DNA of 63,977 nucleotides, filler included. It is 8 parts of 8 records of this genome, joined end to end, with 100 filler letters (N's around TTAATTAATTAA, not from the genome) between each part and the next. Parts side by side here need not be neighbours in the genome. Positions count along the whole stretch, not along the records: positions 51,708 to 58,647 come from SRR31147125_12409; positions 58,748 to 63,977 come from SRR31147125_12423; 6 more parts are not named here. One strand, 5' to 3'. Below, piece after piece: positions 53,632 through 61,408 of this stretch. Every line of letters starts with the position of its first letter. Position 1 is the first letter of the stretch. Under the pieces are notes generated by a model that saw nothing but the letters and a program-made list of their open reading frames with translations, was not told where the DNA came from and did not search any database. The translations under genes were made by a program, and so were the position numbers.

Positions 53632-54384
53632 TTATTTTAAAATCCGAATCTCATTCTCGCCCTTAATTCCAACCTTATCCTCGCAAATAATTAGCAACGA
53701 CTGTATTTCGGGAATATTTTCAGCTTGTTTAATTACTTTTTCAACATGATTTGGCGATTTAACTTTATTACCCAGTGCCGTTGCAAAAGCATCTGCCAAC
53801 AAAATATCTTCGCAAACCACTACCACGGCATCAGCTTTCCCATAACTTATCGATGGCCCAACTGTTCCGGCCGAAGTACAAATTCCCAATTTGTTATTTT
53901 TCGCAGGAATTACCAATCCAATTCGTTCCGAAAGAATCGACTCGCCGGCAAAAACCGAAAGAACCAATTCGTCTTGCAACTGCACATAAATGTCGCCACC
54001 GTTCTCTACAACCAACTCCTGCACCGAAAAATTTTTGAGAATTTCTTCGCCAACCTCGCGGGCAAATAAACCTGCCACTGCCGACATCGGTCCTATTCCG
54101 GCTTTTTCAGCAGCAGTTGCCATTTCACTTGTTTCTGCAGGAGCAATTTCCGACGGATGAAATGGTTTCAGGCTCTTTTTAAAGAATGGCTCCTTTTCAA
54201 TATATTCATCAAATAACTTCCTCAAAGCTTCCGCTTTTGTCAGGGACAATTCCTTCATACCATCATCAAACGATTCCGAATCGACACCAATCCACAAATC
54301 AGTTTCAAGAAATTTTATTTCAAAGCCTTTAAATCGCTCTGAATTGAATTGGGTGCGATATGTTCTTTCTTCGAATAAATTCAT
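53632..54384 (-). CDS. UPF0280/COG2122 ApbE-like protein (MA1715-like)
   Basis: ETDLWIG, GIGPMSAVAG, ENGGDI, GICTSAGTVGPS.SYGKAD and ADAFATALGN. Confidence 0.9.
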   Translation of the reverse strand: MNLFEERTYRTQFNSERFKGFEIKFLETDLWIGVDSESFDDGMKELSLTKAEALRKLFDEYIEKEPFFKKSLKPFHPSEIAPAETSEMATAAEKAGIGPMSAVAGLFAREVGEEILKNFSVQELVVENGGDIYVQLQDELVLSVFAGESILSERIGLVIPAKNNKLGICTSAGTVGPSISYGKADAVVVVCEDILLADAFATALGNKVKSPNHVEKVIKQAENIPEIQSLLIICEDKVGIKGENEIRILK

Positions 54385-55514
54385 AAAATGTTCTTTCTAA
54401 ACCAAATTTCAAAAAGAGGATCGATAAATAAAATTTCATTTTTAGCTATATCAATAATATCTTTTCCTTCCAATATTTTTTTGTTTTTTAAAATGTTTCG
54501 AGGAGTTCCAATGTTGTACTCCTGCATAGTTTTTTGAGCAGTTAGCTGTATTTCTCCATTTGACATAGCTTTTAGCAAGTTAACCTGGGTTTTGCTTAAC
54601 TCCTCAATAATTTTTAGAAAAAATGCCGAGTTAGACGTTTGCATAAATTCAAGTGAATAATCAATTACATCGGCAGTCACTTTTTTCCCCGAGAACGACC
54701 AAACAAAATGCGCTAACTGCTGCACGTAATGCGGATGATTTTTCATCTTCGAAACAATGTCAAGGACAAGTTCCCGGTCGATTGTCTTTTTGCTTTGTTC
54801 AAATTTGTCGGAAATAAATTTTTCCCAATGCTCGGTGCCTATTCTCCCTAAAGTAAATTGCGACCCAAAACGATAAAACGGCTTATCGGTTTGTTCAAAA
54901 ATTTCACGCATCATGTGGCGTTTGCTCCCATACATGCAATACGAAACATCTTTGTGCTTCTGCCAAACTGAACGCAATAGTTTTTGAAATTCAATACTAT
55001 TGTCGAAAGAACTTACGTTTTGAAACTCATCGAGATAGATAATTATCTTTTTATTTCTCTTTTGAGCAATTACCTGAGGTAGTTCTAACACCTCAGTTTT
55101 ATATTTTTTAATTTCTTTTACATCGAAAGAAACCGAAAAATCATTTAAAGGATCGGTACCGATTGAAATTCGTGGTGTTAGCTGTTTGAAAAATATTTTT
55201 GCACTGTTTAGCCATTCTTCGAGCTTTCTTGATGAACACTTGATTAGTTCTCTTGAAAAAACTTCGTAAAAATCATCTTCGTTTTGTATGCTAAACAGGT
55301 CTATCATACAGTGTATAATATCATTATCATCGCTATTTCTCAGAATAAATTGCTGTACAAGTGAAGATTTGCCATACCTGCGTGGCGACATGATTATTAA
55401 ATTATTGCCACTGAATAGATTGGCTTCAAGAAGAGCAACCTCCTGATGTCGGTTTGTGAACTCATTAGAATCTACAATTTGCCCAAACCTAAAAGGCGAA
55501 ACATTTCTTACCAT
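54381..55514 (-). CDS. AAA-family (archaeal ATPase-like) ATP-binding protein with C-terminal wHTH-like region
   Basis: PFRFG, FTNR, SPRRYGKSSL Walker A, LDEFQ Walker B, HPHYVQ and DPLFEIW. Confidence 0.85.
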   Translation of the reverse strand: MVRNVSPFRFGQIVDSNEFTNRHQEVALLEANLFSGNNLIIMSPRRYGKSSLVQQFILRNSDDNDIIHCMIDLFSIQNEDDFYEVFSRELIKCSSRKLEEWLNSAKIFFKQLTPRISIGTDPLNDFSVSFDVKEIKKYKTEVLELPQVIAQKRNKKIIIYLDEFQNVSSFDNSIEFQKLLRSVWQKHKDVSYCMYGSKRHMMREIFEQTDKPFYRFGSQFTLGRIGTEHWEKFISDKFEQSKKTIDRELVLDIVSKMKNHPHYVQQLAHFVWSFSGKKVTADVIDYSLEFMQTSNSAFFLKIIEELSKTQVNLLKAMSNGEIQLTAQKTMQEYNIGTPRNILKNKKILEGKDIIDIAKNEILFIDPLFEIWFRKNIL

Positions 55515-55535
55515 TTTTCATAACATTAAAAAATC

Positions 55536-55581
55536 ATAATACCATTTGGTATTATACCGGATGGTATTATACTCAAAGGTA
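55536..55581 (-). promoter_or_regulatory. Internal Bacteroidota promoter and operator for the ATPase gene
   Basis: TACCTTTG (-7, 55574-55581); palindrome ATAATACCA-TT-TGGTATTAT (55536-55555) plus a second TGGTATTATAC (55562-55572). Confidence 0.65.
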
Positions 55582-55589
55582 TAACAATT

Positions 55590-56000
55590 TTATCTAAAAT
55601 CTATCTCAAATAAATTCAACGGGCATGCCGGAATACAAAGTTCGCAAACTACACATTTACTTTTGTCGAATTCCAGTTTCCATGTTTCTTTATTCATGGT
55701 TAAAGCACCGGCAAAACACACGGCAGTGCAATTCCCGCAGTCAATACATTTCTCTTCTTTCCAGCTTATTCGTTTATCGAGCGATTCGCAGGTAATTTTG
55801 TTGCTTTTAATGTATTCTACACCTTTTTCAATGTTATCCTTTTTCCCTTGAAGTTCCAACAGAAGACTACCTCGTTTCCCGGGATAAACTTCCGCTTTCA
55901 GTATATTTATTCTAAGATCGTAATCTTTTACAAGGTGATATGTAAATGCTTTATCTCCACTTTGAGGTGGAAAATTCAGGATGTATCTTTTCTTAATCAT
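55590..56000 (-). CDS. NIL domain-ferredoxin (MA1822-like)
   Basis: N-terminal NIL (LVKDYDLRINILKAEV); two CxxCxxCxxxC clusters. Confidence 0.92.
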   Translation of the reverse strand: MIKKRYILNFPPQSGDKAFTYHLVKDYDLRINILKAEVYPGKRGSLLLELQGKKDNIEKGVEYIKSNKITCESLDKRISWKEEKCIDCGNCTAVCFAGALTMNKETWKLEFDKSKCVVCELCIPACPLNLFEIDFR

Positions 56001-57156
56001 TGTCGGCCTCCGTTTCGTCTAATCCGTTTAACGATGTATTGGTTGGAAACATTTGCACGGGCTTGCTCACTTCAAATTCGCTGTTTTGCAGCCATTTTTT
56101 TAATTCGTCGGCAATTTTGCGTGCTTTTGCCAAACTGGCAACCGGGGCAGTCCGTATCTTTTTCCCTTTCACTTTTATCGAACCACTTTGAAGTTCTTCG
56201 TATGTAACCTGCCCTAATTTTGGTGTTCCAACGGTTCCATAATCCAGTACCGAAGTTTCAATCTGGCTATTGTTTATCGATACGCGTTTAGCAATATCGG
56301 CATTCAACATCGGAATAGGAATTCCAATTCCCACAAACATACTTACCCCATATTTTTCGTAATATGCTGCCTGAATATAATCGGCCGACATTTCTTTTAA
56401 ATTACCCATTACAGCAATAGTTGCAGCATTGGTTACCGGCACTCCTAAATCGTTTTTTGGGCGTGTGGTATGAAACTGCGTCCCCGGCCAAACCACAAAT
56501 CCTTGTGTTCCACCAAGAAAAATTCGTGTTCCCAAACCAATAGTTTTAAACTCAGGATCATTCAACAACGGGCTTAACTCTCCCGAAGTTGAATAGGTTG
56601 CATTACGCAAATTTGGGAGTAAAGTTCCCATGTAAGTATGCTTAATTTTGGGCGTGGTATTTACAGCCACATTGTAATTTTGGTAAGCATTTCGTGGATT
56701 AAAAAGTGTAAACTCGTTAACCGTATTAATATTAATTGTGGTTTTTATATGTTTGCGCGGATAGCAATCGGTTCCTTTTGCCCAGGCTTCCAGAACAACA
56801 TCTTTCCCTTCTAACATATCTTGAATAACGTGCGCACCTCCGTATTCCGGATTATCAGGATCGCAAGCAGTTGCGCCAATGTACGAATCAACAGCAGCCA
56901 ATCCCTCGTAACATGGCACTCCGTTCAATCGAATTTTTTCCATTCGGATAGGTGGGTCGGCATGACCAAAATTTATTATAGCCCCCGACGAGCACATAGC
57001 TCCAAAAGTGGCAGTGGTTACTACATCCACTTTTTCAACAATTTCTTCCGGCGACATTTCTTTCGCCATTTCCGAAACCTCTTCGGCAGTTAGCACTACG
57101 GCCTCGCCCGATTTAAGTTTCTGATTAATTTCTTCGTATGTTTTTACTTTTGACAT
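55993..57156 (-). CDS. DUF39 homocysteine biosynthesis protein (aspartate-semialdehyde sulfurtransferase, MA1821/MJ0100-like, no CBS domains)
   Basis: KTYEEIN, VDVVTTATFGAMCSSG, YGGAHVI, GTDCYP, NPRNAYQNY and GELSPLLNDP. Confidence 0.93.
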   Translation of the reverse strand: MSKVKTYEEINQKLKSGEAVVLTAEEVSEMAKEMSPEEIVEKVDVVTTATFGAMCSSGAIINFGHADPPIRMEKIRLNGVPCYEGLAAVDSYIGATACDPDNPEYGGAHVIQDMLEGKDVVLEAWAKGTDCYPRKHIKTTININTVNEFTLFNPRNAYQNYNVAVNTTPKIKHTYMGTLLPNLRNATYSTSGELSPLLNDPEFKTIGLGTRIFLGGTQGFVVWPGTQFHTTRPKNDLGVPVTNAATIAVMGNLKEMSADYIQAAYYEKYGVSMFVGIGIPIPMLNADIAKRVSINNSQIETSVLDYGTVGTPKLGQVTYEELQSGSIKVKGKKIRTAPVASLAKARKIADELKKWLQNSEFEVSKPVQMFPTNTSLNGLDETEADND

Positions 57157-57265
57157 ATTTATAATACGAAAGACCAAAGACGGCAGACCGAAGTTAAATC
57201 GCAGTCAATATCTATGTCTTTCCAATTTAAAATTAGACAACGTTTATATCTTGTATTCAAAGCGG

Positions 57266-57343
57266 CTAAAACCGCATTCGCATACACATATTTGCCCCAT
57301 GCAAATAAGTTGTAAAAAATAATTTGTAGTGCAGTATCTTCAT
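57266..57343 (-). CDS. Putative Met/Cys-rich leader peptide MKILHYKLFFTTYLHGANMCMRMRF
   Basis: Manual translation; ATG 13 nt after the riboswitch; ATG-TGT-ATG-CGA-ATG cluster near the stop. Confidence 0.6.
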   Translation of the reverse strand: MKILHYKLFFTTYLHGANMCMRMRF

Positions 57344-57356
57344 GATAGTGTTCAAA

Positions 57357-57452
57357 TTATAATTCCGTTCCCGGCCGGGTATTGGCACCTTTTCATCTTT
57401 CTGAAGGTTGCCAGAGTATCAATGAGCCCGCTCTCTCCTCTCTTCTGTATAA
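57357..57452 (-). ncRNA. SAM-I riboswitch
   Basis: TTATACAGAAG...GAGAGAGCGGGCTC..TGATACTCTGGCAACC...AAGGTGCCAATACC...GGAATTATAA; P1 TTATA/TATAA; upstream of Met biosynthesis genes. Confidence 0.9.
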
Positions 57453-57487
57453 CCAAACACTCTTTATCGAAAGAATATTTGATAGCG

Positions 57488-57517
57488 CAAAGTTAATCGA
57501 AATTGTCATTTTGCAAA
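57488..57517 (-). promoter_or_regulatory. Bacteroidota sigma-A promoter of the met operon
   Basis: TTTG (-33) ... TAACTTTG (-7, TAnnTTTG). Confidence 0.7.
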
Positions 57518-57975
57518 TATTTGCATTTCATTCGCTACATTTCTTAACGAAAGCAATACAGTTTGGGCAGATTGTTATCCGGTAAAAGTGCAGAGATTAC
57601 ATATAGCAATTAAAATGAAACAGAAAATAAGATGCCATGAATATGTTCTTGAAATGTTATAAACCTTCTTGCCCAATTTATTCCTGTTAATAACTTTTAG
57701 TTACATCTCAAAACGCCGAGAATACTATAAAAAGCAACAAGACCGTACCTTTCTTTTAAGTATGGAGGGAAACTTTAGCTGAGCACTTCAAACAATTATC
57801 ATCGGAATGATTTATCTTTAGTAATTCAAAACAGGGTAGCCAAATGGTTACGCGGGGAAGATAAAAAGGAATACTACCGGGGTACACAACTTTAGCGACC
57901 ACCCAATATAATTACATCATAATTCTTTCTGATGTTTTGAGAAACCATTATCACTAATCTAACTCAACGAATGTT

Positions 57976-58599
57976 ATGAGCGACGAAGAGGAATTAAGAA
58001 ATTTAGTTTTAGCCCCATACATTTTAAAGGCAACTGCGCTTATTGGGGTAAACCGAAGAGTCGGAGGAAATCAGTTCAGACATGCCATGGCTACACTCGC
58101 CATTTTGCTTGATTACAAGTACTTCGACAACCATATTCTACTCAAAGCATCGGTAATTCACGACTTATTTGAGGATGTCCCGAAAACCAATATCAATGCG
58201 ATTAAAAATATTGACATTGATGGCCCGAAAGTGGTTAAATTAGTTTTAGAGGTTACTCAAAATAAAGCTGAATCAAAAGATATATTTCTTAACCGAATTA
58301 AAGAAGATGGTTCGGTTAATGCCAAAACGTTAAAAGTTGCCGACAGGATTAGTAATCTCACTGATTTCAACGGTGATATTTTTTCAATCAAAAAAATGGA
58401 AAGAATCCTGGATGAAACTGAAGAATATATCATTCCGATGGCGGAGGAAGTTAATCCAGATCTGGAAAGAGAAATACGAGATTTAGTGAATATTAGACGT
58501 ACAAGACTGAATAACAAAAAAATCATGGTGAAACTAAAGAATTTATTCCGAAAACTCAGGAGCTTATTCCAATCAAACCAAAACGTACAATCTAATTAG
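57976..58599 (+). CDS. HD-domain small alarmone hydrolase-like protein (Mesh1/SpoT HD)
   Basis: R..G..QFRH, IHDLFED, LVLEVT and LKVADRISNL. Confidence 0.75.
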   Translation: MSDEEELRNLVLAPYILKATALIGVNRRVGGNQFRHAMATLAILLDYKYFDNHILLKASVIHDLFEDVPKTNINAIKNIDIDGPKVVKLVLEVTQNKAESKDIFLNRIKEDGSVNAKTLKVADRISNLTDFNGDIFSIKKMERILDETEEYIIPMAEEVNPDLEREIRDLVNIRRTRLNNKKIMVKLKNLFRKLRSLFQSNQNVQSN

Positions 58600-58747
58600 T
58601 ACCAAATGTGCTTTTTCTATTAACCCGAGTTCGACTTAAAATCACGCNNNNNNNNNNNNNNNNNNNNNNNNNNNNNNNNNNNNNNNNNNNNTTAATTAAT
58701 TAANNNNNNNNNNNNNNNNNNNNNNNNNNNNNNNNNNNNNNNNNNNN

Positions 58748-59150
58748 TTTTTCAAACGTGTGAACACCATGCTCGTCGTGACAATGTTCTTTGCAGTACC
58801 AGCCTGTGCAGCAGGCGGTGGAGGAGGCGGCGGCCGTGGCGGCCAGCAAGGGACCTCCGCCGGAAGCGATCGAAGCATGTGTGGACGAGGTCGAAGGTGA
58901 AGTTGTCAGTTTCTGATTACCCGCACCGTCAAGATGAACCTGACAGGCGGTAACATGGGGGAGGTACGGTCGCTGCATATCTGCATGGGATACGTGGGAT
59001 CATTCTTTCTGCTCATCCACCCGTTGCTGATTATCGCGCCGCGTCATTTCGAGGCGGGGTTGTCACCGTATCAGGCATTCATCAAGATCATCTCGACCCG
59101 AACGCCTGGGATCACCACGGGGCTCGTGGCCTGGGGCATGCCGATGCTGC
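58748..59150 (+). pseudogene. Decayed remnants: Gly-rich exported protein (GPPPEAIEAC) and a ferric-reductase-like TM fragment
   Basis: Signal peptide plus poly-G, then PPPEAIEAC in another frame ending in a stop; LH..MGY...LIHPLLIIAPRHFEAG fragment lacking both ends. Confidence 0.45.
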
Positions 59151-59184
59151 GGGCCGGGGATATGCACGAGCTGCCGGTTCGCAC

Positions 59185-59397
59185 TCACATCTCATATACC
59201 TCGTCGACAACTGCATCTGCCGGTCGTGTCAACCGCGCCTGTAATTCCATCTCTTCGCGCCTTTCCTCAAGAACCCGGTGTACTTCTTCAGAAATCAGGT
59301 AGGCAAGGCAGACGATCAGGGTGGCGAAACAGCTGTAGAAGAAGAAAATGAGCAGTGAACTGGTGAAAATCGTTTCGATGACATAGGCCGGAGTCAT
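59185..59397 (-). CDS. Small single-TM protein (70 aa), unknown function
   Basis: GGGAGG RBS before ATG 59397; hydrophobic N-half and charged helical C-half. Confidence 0.7.
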   Translation of the reverse strand: MTPAYVIETIFTSSLLIFFFYSCFATLIVCLAYLISEEVHRVLEERREEMELQARLTRPADAVVDEVYEM

Positions 59398-59428
59398 GGC
59401 AGCCTCCCATAGTAATGGTGGAATGAAC

Positions 59429-59467
59429 AAAAAAAATCGCCCATCTTCGAGACCGAAAACAGGCGAT
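59429..59467 (-). terminator. Intrinsic terminator (riboswitch expression platform)
   Basis: ATCGCCTGTTTTCG-GTCT-CGAAGATGGGCGAT followed by a T run. Confidence 0.85.
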
Positions 59468-59485
59468 GCGTTCCTATGGGCATGG

Positions 59486-59575
59486 CCCATCCGTTCGGTA
59501 ACCCGGCTGCCAGAAAGTGCTGGCCCGTGGCTTTGCGTCTCCGGGTCTCCCCGGGTTTGCCGTTTCGTAGATGGC
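59486..59575 (-). ncRNA. c-di-GMP-I (GEMM) riboswitch
   Basis: GGCAAAC-CCGGG-GAGA-CCCGG-AGACGCAAAGCCACGGGCC...GGCAGCCGGGTTACCGAA; P1 CCATC/GATGG. Confidence 0.9.
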
Positions 59576-60037
59576 TTTCTTACCAATTATAGTAAGTATA
59601 CGTGAAAATCAAAACGATTGTCAAGAAACGGATCGGCTTGTGCCTTCATCAGAGCGAAACCGGAAGATTCACCGACTCGGTATCTGTATCTGTGATCTTG
59701 GAGATGTGATATGGCTATCTAATTGAAAAAAGCATAATGTTATCTGAAGTAAAAAGGCTTTTCGGTTTATATCGGGAAGCCTTTTCTATTTTTTGATGGA
59801 ATGGAAGTCTCTTGTGGTCAATGAATGCCATTATGGGGTGTCAGGAGACTAAAATTGTCATTAGTTGTAGAGTATTGCACGTGTGAAAATTCAAGAGTGG
59901 TCTATGTTCCGTTTGCGATAATCACTTGTTTCGTAAATCGGTGAAGAGGAGATTTGCATGAATAATTATGGTATTGGTAATATTTATCGATTAACAAAGA
60001 CTTGCGACCTGGAATACGTGGATAACTATCCAATCTC

Positions 60038-61337
60038 ATGAAAGATACGTTTATGAAACTCTCCCCTGTAGTTCTGTCATTGCTACTTGGTATAGCTGCG
60101 ATGTCTCTCTATATGTCCAATGGCAGATATATTGGAACATCAGACACTTTACCTGCATTGTTACTCCCCTTTTCTTTATTGGAAGAACAGAATTTTGATT
60201 TTAACGAGTTTTCAGATGTTCATGAGGCGCAACCGTACTGGTTTGTTGTTAAAAAAGATCGAGTTGTTTCATACTACCCTGTTATTCCGGGGTTTTAAAC
60301 AGTATTACGCATCTGGCCGGCAGGCAATTTGGTTGGAAATGTAAAGCTCCCTGTCCTAAAGCAGCAAAGTTCACAGCGGCATTTGCCTCGGCTCTATCAG
60401 TCTCTCTCTTATTTTTAGCATTGATAAAACTCTGTAAACAAAGAAGCACGGCCTTTGTAGCGACAATCATTTATGCGGTCTCTACTTGTGTTTGGAGCGT
60501 TGCAGCTCAGGGGTTGTGGCAACATGGTCCATCCCTGTTATTTTTAACTGCGGCATTAGCCTGTTTTACGCGACCTGAACGAAAATTGATATTTGCTTTG
60601 AGTGGATTCTTTTTTGGAATGGCAGTTTTTAATCGTCCTGCAAATATAATTTTCGCGCTACCTGCAACTATTTATGTTCTATGGGAGCACCCGAGGCACC
60701 TGGTGAAGTTTCTGATTGCTGCTGCGATACCTGCTGTCATTATGGCGTGGTATTCTTGGGAATATTGGGGATCGCTACTGGCTTTGGGGCAGGGACATAG
60801 CTTGTGGACCAGCACGCATGGTTCTCATATAACTAATTTCAACTACCCTTTACTCAAAGGATTAGCTGGAATTTTATTCAGCCCGGGACGAGGATTATTT
60901 GTTTTTAGTCCTGTGTTCCTCTTTTCCATTCCCCTTGTGCTCTATTCATTGTGGCCGAGAGCAAGGATAGATCCTCTTTGTCGCACAATGTCCTTTGGAG
61001 TTATTGGCTACATACTTATGACCTCAAGCTGGAGTATTTGGTGGGGCGGGTGGTCCTTTGGCTATCGTATGCTTTTAGATATCACTCCTATTTTAACGGT
61101 GTTTCTAGCGTTGACCTATGAGCGCTGGATTGCCCCTCATAAGTGGTTTCAATTTGTTTTTTGGGGACTGCCCTCATTTCATTCTACATTCACTTTTTAG
61201 GATCCACTTTTTACCCTACAGATTGGGAAAGACGGGTCGATGTTGATAATAATCCTGAACGGCTTTGGGATTGGTCAGATTCTGAATTGAACGCTTTGCA
61301 AGATAAATTCAATGCATCAGTCTCAGAGAAACTATAG
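60038..61337 (+). CDS. GT-C fold (ArnT/PMT-like) membrane glycosyltransferase, frameshifts near 60290-60296 and 61158-61166
   Basis: SDTLP, SYYP, LWQHG, NRP, GILFSPGRGLFVFSP and WWGGWSFGYR, spread over three track ORFs. Confidence 0.7.
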
Positions 61338-61408
61338 CCGTATACCTTCAACATACTCATGGATAGTTAGTCCCTGTTAACCTCTTAAATGATAATCTCG
61401 GCGCAGAT

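Noticed and set aside
57833-57900. tRNA-like start GGGTAGCCAAATGGTTA
   Set aside because: No T-arm (TTCRA) and no acceptor-stem closure, so it is not a tRNA.
5355-58747. Seven regularly recurring TTAATTAATTAA motifs in N runs
   Set aside because: Artificial contig linkers. No functional link across them can be inferred, e.g. between the GGDEF gene at 30 kb and the c-di-GMP riboswitch at 59 kb.
59398-59605. Track ORFs 59185-59586 (N-terminal part) and 59396-59605
   Set aside because: They read through the GC-rich riboswitch and terminator and are non-coding.
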